Below are positions 13,591-26,390 of a DNA stretch of 64,000 bases, piece after piece. The notes beneath the pieces were generated by a model. The model searched no databases. It was not told the DNA's origin and saw only the letters and a program-made list of their open reading frames with translations. Source of the DNA: Mobula hypostoma (taxonomy: Eukaryota). Both the position numbers and the translations under genes were made by a program. Location of the stretch: the NCBI RefSeq assembly GCF_963921235.1, contig NC_086097.1, forward strand, positions 128,342,001 to 128,406,000, written 5' to 3'. Numbering within the stretch: the stretch's first letter is position 1; each line of letters starts with the position of its first letter.

Positions 13591-14833
13591 AAAAAACATT
13601 GCCCACAAGGTTGAAAGTGAGACAATATTAATAAAGTGCAGTAATTAATCTTCTTGCCTTTTTATATCAACAGACATAGAAACAGATAGGTTTTCTCCTT
13701 GACTTCTGACATCAGAAATGTCTGTTATAGATAGAAAGTACAGTGGATGGCTTTGCTTAGAGCAGGCTCATTAATCATTGCCCTGACTGCACTCTATGTC
13801 ATTAGTGATTTTAGTCTTTTTTACCATTATTTCAACTTGTGATCTAATCACTTTCATACAAGTATCTCCACAGCAAGATCTTTGTAGGATCTGTTGGGAG
13901 ACCAGGAGAATGGAGGCAAATGACAGCCAAAATCTCTCAAAGAAGACTCTAAATTGAATTTTCCCTGTAAAATGATCACAAATTGACTTCTATAGTCAAT
14001 TGTTTTTGGAAAAGTAAGTTGAATTGAAAAGGAAAGTAATAAATGAACTTTGGTTATTCAAAAAAGCAGCTTGTGTTTTGAGGTCACAAAACTTGACAGG
14101 GTCATGTGTAATGATACTGCACTGGAGACCTCAGAGTACCAGCCAGCACTCACTGGCTGTGCTGACTTTGCCATCCTATCTACTTTAATCCTCATTAGAA
14201 ATGGGTGATCAAAACCCAAATGTAAGTTGGGCAAGCTGAATTGTGGTGTGCAGAGATTGTAGGGAATCTGCAGGTGGTCCCATTAAAATCTAGTTTGACA
14301 TCAATAGATTTGGACTGCAGTCTCGGGGAGTAACAGGTAAATAGTGAGCTACGTGCAAGGCTGATATAACTGCCAAGTAATTCCTGTGAGGGAGTGTGTT
14401 GTCACTGAGTCATTGTTGAAGCACAGCATCAGTGAAAGCTGTGGGAATTGTATGTATGGAGTAGGCACTGGATTAAAGTGGAAGAGGTCATCATATAATT
14501 TCAATGAGACTTCTATAATTGGTCATTATGGAGTCATAGAACCAATTAGACTATGCCAACCAAGACTAATCCCATTTTATTCTCCCACTCTTTCGTTCAA
14601 CTTCTTCCAGAATCTCTACCACTCACCTACACACCAGGGACAACTTACAGCAAGCAGGCATTTTGGATGTAGGAGGAAACTAAGCATTGAAGATGTGGGA
14701 GGAAGGTGGTGGAAGACAAGTGACCATAGAAAAAGATGCAAATTCTATGCAATCTGCACAGGTCAGGATTGAGAGAAGTTTATTTGATCTGTGAGGCAGC
14801 TGTGGCAAACAGCATGTCTGAGATTTAGCTTAT

Positions 14834-14834
14834 T

Positions 14835-14886
<52 letters not shown>

Positions 14887-14985
14887 TCTGTACATCTGTG
14901 TGTGTATGTGTATGTGTGTATGTGTACACTGTAAGTGTGTATGTGTGTATGTGTATAGTATTAAGTGTGTGTGTGTGTGTGTGTG

Positions 14986-15024
<39 letters not shown>

Positions 15025-15066
15025 GTGTGTGTGTGTGTGTGTGTGTACTGTAAGTGTGTGTGTGTG
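14834..15066. repeat. Compound (TA)n/(TG)n microsatellite
   Basis: Directly visible (TA)~20 followed by interrupted (TG)n blocks. Confidence 0.97.
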
Positions 15067-16044
15067 GGGGGGGGTGCTTGGTCAGCTCTTAAGATTTTCA
15101 CATCTCAGTTAGTGAGCAATAGAGTTAAAGGTTCCAATTATCATGGCTTGGATGAGTTCTTAAATGTTTTAGTTCGCTGACTGTAAAGAATTAAAATCCC
15201 ATTTTATTTTTAGTTTGATGTTGTATAAGGGAGAAAAACAACTTGCCACTTAACTTCCTCGTTCTCAAAACGCGAGGCTCCAAACAATGTAGGCCAGACC
15301 GGGCTGCAGTCCAAGAGAGTAGATGTGTGCTCCTCCTAAGTGCTTTGAAATTGTTTGTCACAGCAATAATGGAAAGGTGTGGTGCATAACTTCTTTAAGT
15401 ACTGATCTGTATAAAGGTACTTACGAATGGCAGTTACAGAACACAAAGCACCCAGCACACCTATCAACTGCTTGCTCCTACTCCACCCCCTCCCTCTACC
15501 TTTTTACACCGGCTATCTCTCCTCTTTCTTTCAGTTGGTGCAAGGTCTTGACCCGAAAAATGTTGATTGTCCATTTTCTTCCATAGATGCTGCCTGACCC
15601 CTTGAGTTCCTACAGCACTTTGCATTTTGCAGTAACCTGCTCAACTGCCTCCGTGAAATCGGGGTTTAGTTCCCAAGCTCATTCCCGTGCCCCTGAATGA
15701 TTGGGAGCTGGGTTTAAGATGGAGGAGCTATCTGTAAAGAACAACCTCATATTACTCATTGATTCCCTGAATGTCCAATTATCTATTGATCTATGTTTTG
15801 GAAGAATTTGATGACTTTAGTGCTCCAGGGTAGAGAATTTCACTAACCTCTAAGGGAAGAAATTTCACAATCATCTCTATCCTAAACAGCCATTAGTGTG
15901 AGGCAGTGACGCTTGATTCTAGATTTCTCAACCAGAGGAACCATCAACCTCCATTCACCCCCTTGAGATCTGTAAAAATTTTGGAAGTTTTAATGTATCT
16001 TTGAGTCTTTAATGCATGAGGGTTAAATAAGTCCTGTTATGATG

Positions 16045-16230
16045 GTTCACAAACAAGAGAAAAGCTGCAGGTGCTGGCCAGGCAGCATCTATGGAAAAGA
16101 GTACAGTCAGTGTTTCGGGCCAAAACGTTTCAGTCCTGCTGAAGGGTTTCAGCCAGAAACGTCAACTGTACTCTTTTCCATAGATGCTGCCTGGCCTGCT
16201 GAGTTCCTGCAGCATTTTGTGTGTGTTGCA
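16045..16230. mobile_element. Penelope-like element derived inverted-repeat remnant
   Basis: ggccaggcagcatctatggaaaagagtacagt...actgtactcttttccatagatgctgcctggcc inverted arms around a mutated hammerhead core (ctgctga...gaaacgtc). Confidence 0.7.
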
Positions 16231-16389
16231 CTGTTATGATTGTAGAGTGGTTATTGAGACCTTGTTTGGAGTATTGTGAGCAGTTTAGTTCTCCATACCC
16301 AAATGAAGACTCTTTTCTGGTATGAGTTGTTTGCCTTTGAGGAGGGAATAAGATGTAACATTCCAACTGACTGCATCACCATCTGATCT

Positions 16390-16857
16390 GGGGGGGGGAG
16401 GAATGGGAGAGGACTACTGCACAACATCGAAGAAAGCTGCAGAGAGTTGTAAACTTAGTCAACTCCATCATGAGCACTTGCCTCTGTAATATCCAGGACA
16501 TTACAAGGAGCGATGTCTCAAAAAGGAGGCATCCATCATTAAGGACCCCATCACCCAGGTCATCCCTTGTTCTCCTTGCTACCATCAAGAGGGGGATACA
16601 GAAGCCTGAAGGCACACACTCAATGATTCAGGAACAGCTTCTTCCCCTCTGCCATCTGATTTCTGAATGGACATCGAACCCATGAACACTGCCTCACTAC
16701 TTTTTTATTTCTATTTTTGCACGTCTTATTTAACTTAATTAATTTAATTTACTGTAATTCACATTTTTTCTCTTCTATTATGTATTGCATAGTACTGCTG
16801 TCACAAAGTCAACAAATTTCATGGCATATGCCAGCGATAATAAACCTGATTCTGATG
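16390..16857 (+). mobile_element. Rex1/Babar LINE 3' end
   Basis: RKKLQRVVNLV..IMSTCL, ...[13 protein letters not shown] end, 3' UTR ending gataataaacctgattctgat. Confidence 0.8.
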
Positions 16858-18459
16858 AGTAAATGAGTCAGTGGGTCACAAGATTCTGAAAGTCATCATC
16901 AGGCGAGATGCCGAGGAAAGGTTTCCTCTGGAACCAAGGACAGGATCTTAACGTAAAGGAGAAGCTACTGGGAAAAAAGAGAACACTTTCCTTTGCAAAG
17001 AGTTTCAAACTCTTGGAATTCTTCACTTCTGAGTAAATTCAAGGCTAAACTTGATTGTGCGTAGGTCTTGTCACACTATTAAAGGAAGGGTGTGGAGGCT
17101 TTGGAAACAGTGCAGAAGAGGTTTACCATGACGCTGTCTTGAAAATAGAGTATGAGCTGTAAGGAGTGATTTGGCAAACTTTGGTTATTTTCCCTGGAAA
17201 AATCTAATAGAATTTTATAAAATAAGGAAAGGTCTAAATACAGTAGACAGTCAGGGCAGAAATATAAAATTTTAGAGGATATGCACTTGAGATGAGAGAA
17301 GGAAAGATTAAAGAGGATGTCTGGGGCAAGATTTTTAGTTTGGAGAATAGTTATGTATGGCTTGCACTGCCAAGCATTCCAGTGGAAACAAGTATGACAG
17401 TAGCAGACAAAATTTAGTTTAAAATGCATTGTGTTTAGATAGACATTGTGGGCTCCTGTGCTGTATTGTTTTAGGCTCTATGGTCAATGCTAAATTTTTC
17501 CAAACCAGGACAATCAGAAGCTGCAATCAGATTGGGCGATGTGTTGGTGACAGCCCTGATTTTTACTGAATGACAGAACAGTCCTGAGGAACGATTAGAC
17601 TCCTGTTTCCAGCTCTTATGTTTTGATTGCAAACAAAATCATGGAGTTGTAAGACTGCCAAACACCAGTGTTTTTGATCTCTGGTCAGTAGTTCTGCAAA
17701 AATATATCAATATTCATAACTGCTTGTTTTCTTTACCAGTATTCTACAGCAGCTTATTGGACATCAATGAGATAATGTCTATGGTTTTTAAGCGTGGTCA
17801 GTATGAATACAATCACACCATATGCACAGCTTCTATGGTATTCTGGTATGTAATTCCTTTTTTATTAATATTAATAGAGGGGCATGCAGATTTACCAGAA
17901 GCTACATCGGTTGATGATGAGTCTTTTGCAGATTTTAGATTTTCCTAATATATATGAGTAATATTCCAGCTTTTTAATATATGTAACTGAATATGAAAGA
18001 CAGATAATACAAAACCTGTATAAAGGGTGTGATGTTATAAATCATTTATTCACACTACTTTAATATTCACCTAAAAGCTCCCCAAATAGAAATCTTCTGG
18101 TGACATTTTAACCTCACTCAGAATTGAAAAAATAGCTTTTTTGGGTTGTTTTTGCCAGAAAAGATGAAAAGAGGAGTTCAAAGTGAAAGTAAGTGATTCT
18201 CATTCAAATCCAAGCAAATTCATCCAGACTGTGCATTGGTTTTGTCTTTGAAATGTGATATTCTGGATGGTAATGCTGTTTTAACTATAAGTGTCTCTAA
18301 CCAGTGCACTGAAGTGTCTGCAGTGGATATTTATCTTGAAGCCCGAAGGAAGGTTGAAATGCAAATTTACATCAAGGAGATAACAGATTTCTTTAAGTTT
18401 AAGGAAACCTTGATATTGGTAAATTAACACATTTCTGCACCACTTCACTCACCCTGTAT

Positions 18460-18570
18460 TCAGGACTTTACAGCACTTTACAACCAATGAAGTATTTTTT
18501 GAACTGAAGTAATGACGTAATGTAGGAGATGCTGTGGTCAATTTGTGCACAGCAAGCTCCCACAAGATGC
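18460..18570 (-). mobile_element. DeuSINE-like 3' fragment
   Basis: Reverse complement tgtgggagcttgctgtgcacaaattgacc...cattggttgtaaagtgc. Confidence 0.55.
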
Positions 18571-18597
18571 ACGTTGCATGGCTTGAATTTTACAGCA

Positions 18598-19263
18598 AAC
18601 CTACGCACATCCTCCCGTATACTTTAAATCATCTCTAGATTACATATGATACCTAATACAATGTAAATGCAATGTAAATAATTGTTATACTGTATTGTTT
18701 AGGGAATAATGACAAGAAGAAATTTTATTTCCAACAAAAATATTCAGTAAAACATAAAAATATACAGCTTCAAACGAACCGAATCAAACACATGGTAAAT
18801 GACTTATTGGAATAAATGCAGAATGTCACTGTCACTATAAAACTTCAGTAACTTGTCTTTCTGTTTATTTAAATCATAATCAGTGGTAGTTCGGACACTA
18901 TTTTCTTCAGTAAGATGCCGCACAGACACACCACGATCAAGCTTCTGCAATAACTCCACTTTCTGCGTTATTGATAATGATAAATGTTTCCTTCTCTTTT
19001 CTCATTGTTACCCATAGGGATATCTGCAGCTCTTTTTGACATTTTCACAGTGAAATTAAACACAAAGTCAACAGTGAACACAACATATCAGCGAACAGCA
19101 AATGTGTGTGTAACCAGTATGAGCGCTGAGCCACAACTGACTTCTGGCGGCCTCTGCTCGTGCTGCCACGTCACACCTGAGTGACATCAGCTGTTGGCGA
19201 AAAAAACTTCAGTTTTCGGAGCTTTTTGGTTTTCAGAATTTCAGATAAAGGAATGTGCACCTG
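18598..19263. mobile_element. Tigger/pogo-family non-autonomous DNA transposon remnant with MER2-like segment (18598-18722)
   Basis: cctacgcacatcctcccgtatactttaaatcatctctagatta...gggaataatgacaag matches the recalled MER2 internal sequence; right end ...gataaaggaatgtgcacctg|ta looks like a Tigger-type TIR followed by TA. Confidence 0.65.
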
Positions 19264-19346
19264 TAGTTGTATTATATATTATACTGTGTATATAGTTGAG
19301 ATGCAGTCTCTATTAATTTGGAGTTTATAGCTAAGCAGGGAGGAGT

Positions 19347-19585
19347 GTTGTGTATTTAATATTTCAGTAACATTTGAGTAATATTGTAAATATATTGTTT
19401 GTTCAAGCATTCTTTGTTATTTACATAATACTTTGCGGGTTATCTGTTGAAGTATGTAAATGGTATATGTCATGATGCGTGATAAGTGCATGCCTCACCT
19501 AAAGTGAAAATGAAGTTAGACTCGCATTCCAAGCTCATTGGCATTTCTTTCAATTAGTTTTGAAGTTTTGGAGTTACAAAACACA
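19347..19585 (+). mobile_element. Short solo LTR (Gypsy-like), same family as 23153-23668
   Basis: TGTTGTGTATTTAATATTTC start and agttacaaaacaca end, shared with the 23153-23668 copy. Confidence 0.55.
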
Positions 19586-19859
19586 ATGGTAATAGCCAAC
19601 TCTTACCTGGTTCAGACTTCGAAAAAGTGATTTGGCAGGCCAAGGTTTGGAGGCATGCAGATTCTTGCCTCTGTATCTAACGTATGTGAATGGCACCCAT
19701 CAAGCATGAAACAAGAAAAGCTTCGACTGACAGGAAAGTCCGACCCCCACTATGCCTCTTGTTGAACCTGCCAAATACAACATTACAAATAAAACAATTT
19801 TAATAATTATTATTACAATTGTAATAATAATTATTAATAATTACATAACTAAAACTGTG

Positions 19860-21130
19860 CACATTAGTCCAAGTACTGCCTCACCAACTTTCTATATAAC
19901 TGCAACATAACTTCCCCACTCCTATCTTCAGTGTGCTGAATGATAAAGGCTCGCGTGCCAAATGACCTCTTCACCACCCTACATACTTGTGACCCCCTTT
20001 CAGCGAACTACCCACTTGTATTCCAAGTCCCTCTGTTTCATAGCACTCCACAGAGCTCTACCAATTTCTGCCAATCTACCCTGATCTCCCTACATGCAGT
20101 ACCACACATATATCTGGATTGAAAACTTATTTACCAGTCCTCTGCCAACACAGCCAGCTGATCTATATTACCCTGTAATTTTTCAAAACATTCTACACTA
20201 TCTACGATACCACTTATTTTACCATCATTGCAGTCTTACCAATCATGCCATGTACATTCATGTCCAAAATGTTAATATAAATTACAAGCAACAAGAGTCC
20301 CAGCTTCAATTCTTCTAGCACACCTCTAGACATAGGCCTCCAGAGCTAGAAAAAACCTTTGACCATCATTCTCTGCTTCCTATCACTGATCAAATTCACT
20401 ATGGTCCCTTGGACCCCGTGCTGTCTTTACCTTCCAGACTAGCCTGCCATGACGGGCATTGTCAATGACTGCAAAAGTCCATTTATGGTAAGATCCACTG
20501 TTCTACACTTACCTACCCTCTTGATTATTTTTTCAAAAGACTCCAAGAGATTCGTCAGACATGACTTCTCGCAAATAAAGCTGTGCTGACTGCCTTGAAT
20601 CAGACTCTGTCTTTCCAAATTTTGGTAATCTTGTCCTTCAGCATCTCCTCAAGCAATTTGCCCTCTGTTACTGTAGGCTCACAGGCCTGTAGTTTCCATA
20701 CTTGTTTTTTGTACCCTTTTTGAACAATGGTACCACATTAGCTACTCACCAGACGTCCAGTGCCTCATCTGTGGGTAGAAATGAAACAAAATTCTTTGCT
20801 AGGGCCTCCACTTTTTCCAGATTCCCGCTTGGTCCAAGAATGTACCATGTCAGGTCCTGGGGATTTGCCTACCTTAATGTATGTAAGGCCTCCGGTACCT
20901 TATCCCTGTTAATTCATATGCAGTCCAAGACAACACACTCATGCCAACCACACCCCCATTTTCTTAGCTTCCATTGCTTTCTTCACAGTAAAAACCAAAG
21001 AAAAATATTCATTTAGAGTCTTATTCTTTTCCTTTGATTCCTCACCCTGATGGTGATGCTGATGTTTAAGAGGACCTATTCGCTCGCTAGTGACCCTTTT
21101 GCTCTAATTTTCTGATCGAATCTCTCGGGA
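19860..21130 (-). mobile_element. Old degraded CR1 LINE ORF2
   Basis: Reverse complement contains remnants of SQHSF, DV*VANVVPLFKKG..GNYRPVSLT, PGPDMVHSW and RPHLEY-like motifs. Confidence 0.65.
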
Positions 21131-23039
21131 ATTTGCCTCACCTTTTGTTATCATTAGAGTTTTGAAGTGCATTTGCTATCTTTTGGTGAAAATGTGATTG
21201 CTAATGGCAATGCCGGCGTGAAAAGTCTGCTAACACACTAGTAGGACTTTATAGAAAACCTTCCAGTGAGAATGTATTGCCTTTTGCACTGGAACTCCAC
21301 AGCTTCATGTGAGCCTTATGTTATTTGAATGCTGAGAGTTATGTTAGGACTATAAATCAAGTCATTAGCAAGGTTCAGTGCAACAAGAATTACCAATCTT
21401 AAACTGCTGTGCCAGAAACACTTAGTAATAACATCTTAATTTGAGCATGTTGTTGATTACTACTGGGTTCAATGGGAACCCCACACAGAGCAGAGAATAA
21501 TGCTTTGTTGAGGCTAATAGGGGAGTGGTGTCAATGGCCCAGAAATTCGTGGACAATTTAAGCAAGCAGCATTTCCCTTTTCACTCGGCAAACTGTTGAA
21601 GCGTCCACAGATTTATTGCGACTGGACAAAATTAATGCTATGTGGTAAAATTTCCCATGGTTTCTGTCCTGTTTCCTTCGGAAATCCAGGGGAATGCTGA
21701 GGCGAATCAAATAAACTTATAATTTAAGTGAGTGAATGGTTTTCCATTAATGTAATGATATGGGTTCTCTAATAAAACATGGTGCCCAGAATGTGACCGG
21801 AACAGATAAGCTGTGAAAGAGCATTGAGGTCGCTGACCTTTCTGTTACTGCTTGTGTATCAAAAGCTGCTTTATAATAAATGATATGTTATCATTCCCAC
21901 TGATGTATGGTAGCCAAATATGTCATTTATTTTCTATAATGAAGCATTGCTCTGGAGTTCCAATTCCATGAATCTGGCCACTTTCTGTGACAGAAATTGA
22001 TCTTGCCAGAGGTCAAAAACCTACTAAAAACTTAGAAGCCAAAATAAGCCATTCAAACTCTCAGACCTAGTTCACCATTCAACAAGATCGAGGCTCATCT
22101 GTTAACTTGGTGCCATTTTTCTGCACCTACTCCATTACTTTTTATTCCCTTAAAATCTAAAAGCTATCAATCTCAGTCACTAGGCCTCTGTAGCCCACTT
22201 GGGTAGAGAATTCCAAAGATTTCCCACTCTTTGGGTGAATGTTTTTTTTCTTTTCAGGTCAGTTCTGAGTGGGCATACGCTTGTTTTGTGTCTGCGATCC
22301 GGAAATCCAGTCACCCAAGCGAGAGAACATTTTCACTCTGCAACAAACCTATCAAGTACCTGATAATTTTTTAAATTTTCACCAAAATCACCTTTCATAC
22401 TTCTGAACATAGCTCCACTAACACTCAAAAATCTAGATGAACTCAGCAAGTCAGGCAGGACCTGCGACTGAAAATAGATAGTTGGCGTTTGGGGTCAGGA
22501 CCATTCATCTGAACTGTTGAGTTCCCTCAGTATCTTATTCCTTGCTCCAGATGTCAACATCTGCAGTCTCTTGTGTCTCCATTAAAAAGGCTTTTCAGTT
22601 TGCTGAGTCTCTTGAAGCAACATACCTGCTGTCCTGTCATGTCACAGTAAATCGCAAATGGAAAGATATAATCTGATTTGGATGTTCCAGTTTAGTGCGT
22701 TAATAGTTCTTTCAAATTTGACCTCAGATGTAGCCTGCCCATCGTTGGGTTCAATTACAGGCAGGCTACATCTACTGTCATGACCTGGTGTTCATATGGT
22801 TCTGTTAGAGCACTCTGCAGACAAATGGTTGTGATTTGAGTTTCCCTCCTCGAGAACCTCGAACATTAGATTCCAGCCAAATTGCTGGATAGGTCGTGCT
22901 GCATTGTCTGAAGTTTCTATCTTGGATGAGATTTTAATCTCAAAGTTTCTGTCTCCTCTCCAAGGTATTGGAACTAGAATAAAATTCCAATACTGCTTGC
23001 TTGCTCAAGATTTTTAGATTTTAATCACAAACATAGAGC

Positions 23040-23830
23040 ATCACAGAATTACAAAAGGTTGCAGAGGATTATAGATTCAGCCAGCTCCATGATGATCACA
23101 ATCCTTTCTATTGTCAGGGACATCTTCAACAGATGGTACTTCAAGAAGACAGTATTGTATATTTAATATTTCGATATTATAAAAGTAGACTTGACTGGTG
23201 GCGTAGTAGCATCTGTGCCGGACTTCGGGATGAGAGGTCCCGAGTTTGAATCCAGCTGGCTCCCCTGCACGCTTTCCATCCGTGCTGGATTACAAGCTGG
23301 TGATCCCTTTGGAAACTCACCCGGCAGAAGGCAATGGCAAACCACTGCTGTAACTTGCCTCGTACGCGGTTCCCCACTACGTCAGAGAGGCGTGGAGGGA
23401 AATCGTCCGCTAACCGGAGAAACTCCGGATGTGACGTACCTTTCCTTTCCTTTTATGTAAGTAATCTTGCATATATATTGGTTGATTAAGAATTCTTGTT
23501 TGATTAAAAACTTCATTATGTATTATATGTATAAATATGTGAATTGCATACATCATCACACATGATATGTGTGCACCTTGCTTAAAGTAAACTTGAACTT
23601 AGAATTGCATTTTGGACTCCAGTTTGTCCTTTGAATTGTTTAATGCTTTAAAGTTACAAAACATAACAGGCAGCATCCATTATTGACCATCCAGGACATG
23701 AGCTCTTCTCATTATTGCCATTGGGGAGGAGGTACAGGAGCCTAAGGGCCCATACTCAACGATTCAGAACCAGATTATTCCCCTCTGCCAACAAATTTTC
23801 TGAATGGACACACAAACACTATCCTGTTAC
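23040..23830 (+). mobile_element. Rex1 3' fragment interrupted by a solo LTR (23153-23668), which contains a SINE
   Basis: caggacatcttcaa...ctcaagaagacag| insertion |ggcagcatccattatt...GRRYRSL; near-TSD gacag/ggcag. Confidence 0.7.
23193..23455 (+). mobile_element. tRNA-derived SINE with RTE-type 3' region and (CCTTT)n tail
   Basis: A-box tggcgtagtag, B-box gagtttgaatcc, motif gaaggcaatggcaaaccactg, tail acctttcctttcctttt; retains many CpGs. Confidence 0.7.
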
Positions 23831-24109
23831 TCCATTTTCTTTGCCATATTTATTTACTATTGTAATTTATAATATAATTACAAAAAACAAATAAACTGAG
23901 GAAAAGGGTCAAAGATTACAGGGAGAAGGCAGAAGAATAGGTTTGAGAGGGAAAATAAATCGAAAATGTCAAATGGGGAGCAGACTTGATGGACTGAATG
24001 GCCTAATTTTCTCCTGTGTCTAATGGTGTTAAGTTCTTACAGTAAATTTATGTCCTTGTACCATACTGGTACTGCTGTTGTAAAACAGTGAAGTTCACAT
24101 CTTAAGTCG

Positions 24110-24615
24110 ATGATAATAAATTTTATTTAGATTCAGATTCATATAAGTAGTATCACAAGAAAAACAAATTATTCACAATTATTACAAGGAAGAACACAAT
24201 TTGAACAAAAGTAAATGAAGTCCATTTTAGTGCAGAGTGGTCAAAGTGTTCGTAGTGTAGTGATTTGGGTTGTGCCAGTGGTTCTACAACTGAATGATTG
24301 AAGGGCAGGAAGCTATTCTAGAACCTGATGGTGGGGGACTTCAGGATTTTGTACCTGCTGCCTGATTGTAGCTGCAGGAATCTGGTATGGCTCAGTTGGT
24401 AAGAATCTTTGATGACGGATGCTGCCTTCTTAAGGCAGTGTTTCCTGCAGATACTGCTATTTGTGGAGAGGGGAATGCCAGTAATGTACAATATTGAGCT
24501 GAGTCTATTAGTCTCAGCAGCTTCCTACATTCCTGCACATTTGAATTGCCATATCACATCTTGATGCCACCTGTTAGGAGACATTCAGTAGTACACCTAT
24601 AGATGATTGTTACAG
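24110..24615 (-). mobile_element. Rex1/Babar LINE 3' part, apparently resuming at ~26745-26900 after nested insertions
   Basis: Minus-strand 3' UTR and coding tail; ttggtgacgtgccaaacctcctt...aggaatttaaagctgctgactct at 26745-26885 continues the same reading. Confidence 0.6.
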
Positions 24616-24699
24616 CTTAGGAACATGGTGTCATGACAACATCAATGACAACAACACAAAAGAGCTGTTTATTGTGTTCATGAATGTGGGGGAGGGAGC

Positions 24700-25170
24700 C
24701 AGTGCACATCCGCGTTTTCATCAAAGGTGCTGAGGTTGAGAGAGTTGAGAGCTTCAGGTTCCTAAGTGTGAGCATCACAGACAGCCAGTTCTGGACCAAC
24801 CACATTGATTACACAGCCAAGAAAGCTCACCCATGCCTTCACTTCCTCAGGAAGCTAAAGAAATTCATCATGTCCTCATCAACTCTTACCAATTTTTATC
24901 AATGCATGATAGAAAGAATTCTGTCTGGATACATAATAGCTCAGTATGGCAACTGCATGACATGTGACTACGAGAAACTGTAGAGTTGTCGACACAGCTC
25001 AGCACATCACGGACTCTGTCTTTACTTCTCTCTACCCCAGTAAAGCAGCCAGCATAATCAAAGTCCCCATCCATCTAGGGCATTTTCTCTTCTCCCTCTC
25101 CCATCGGGCTGAAGATGAAAATAGCACAAATGAATATACAACCAGGCTCAAGGATGGCTTCTATCACACG
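24700..25170 (+). mobile_element. Rex1/Babar LINE 3' fragment
   Basis: ORF 24684..24983 with EVERVESFRFLSV..TAKKAHPCLHFLRKLKKF. Confidence 0.82.
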
Positions 25171-25174
25171 GTTA

Positions 25175-26390
25175 TCACCTGGACAACACAAACACCTACA
25201 TCAGGATGCTGTTCATCGACTATAGCTCAGCATTTAATATCATCATTCCCACAATCCTGATTGAGAAATTGCAGAACCTGGGCCTCTGTACCTCCCTCTA
25301 CAATTGGTTCCTTGACTTCCTAACAGGAAGACCACGATCTATGCAGATTGGTGATAACATCTCCTCCTCACTGACAATCAACACAGGTGCACCTCTGGGG
25401 TGTGTGCTTAGCCCACTGCTCTACTCTCTATATTTGCATGACTGTGTGGCTAGGTGTAGCTCAAATACCATCTATAAATTTGCTGATGATACAACCATTG
25501 TTGGTAGAATCTCAGGTGGTGATGAGAGGGCGTACAGGAGTGAGATATGCCAACTAGTGGAGTGGTGCCGCAGCAACAACCTGACTCTCAATGTCAGAAA
25601 GACAAAAGAGCTGATTGTGGACTTCAGGAAGGGTAAGACAAAGGAACACATGCCAATTCTCATAGAGGGATCAGAAGTGGAGAGAGTGAGCAGCTTCAAG
25701 TTCCTGGGTGTCAAGATCTCTGAGGATCTAACCTGGTCCCAACATATCGATGCAGTTAAAAAGAAGGCAAGACAGTATCTATACTTTATTAGGAGTTTGA
25801 AGAGATTTGGCATGTCAGCAAATATACTCAAAAACTTCTATAGTTGTACCATGGAGAGTATTCTGACAGGCTGCATCACTGTCTGGTATGGAGGGGCTAC
25901 TGCACAGGGCCGAAAGAAGCTGCAGAACGTTGTAAATCTAGTCAGCTCCATCTTGGGCACTAGCCTACAAAGTACCCAGAACATATTTAAGGAGTGGTGT
26001 CTCAGAAAGGCAACGTCCATTACTAAGGACCTCCAGCACCCAGGGCATGCCCTTTTCTCACCGTTACCATCAGGTAGGAGATACAGAAGTCTGAAGGCAC
26101 ACACTCAGCAATTCAGGAACAGCTTCTTCCCCTCAGCTACCTGATACCTAAATGGACATTGAGTCTTTGGACACTACCTCACTTTTTAAGAAATATATAG
26201 TATTTCTGTTTTTGCACATATTTTTAAAAATCTATTCAATCCACGTAATTGATTTCCTTGTTTATTATTATTATTATTTTAAATTTTATTTGTTATTATT
26301 TTCTTTTCTCTCTGCTAGATTATGTATTGCACTGAAATGCTGCTGCTAAGTTAACACATGCCAGTGATAATAAACCTGATTCTGATTCTC
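25175..26390 (+). mobile_element. Young 5'-truncated Rex1/Babar LINE with uninterrupted 312-aa RT/C-terminal ORF (25206..26144)
   Basis: [44 protein letters not shown]; tail cctgattctgattct. Confidence 0.93.

Noticed and set aside
14834..15180. Cys/Val-rich ORFs (MCVCIYIY..., MCVCVCV...)
   Set aside because: Translations of the (TA)n/(TG)n microsatellite, not genes.
21350..21900. Repeat-free stretch as a conserved enhancer
   Set aside because: Cannot be supported without comparative data.
23193..23265. Functional tRNA gene
   Set aside because: A/B boxes are the head of a SINE; no complete cloverleaf evident and it is followed by SINE body and tail.
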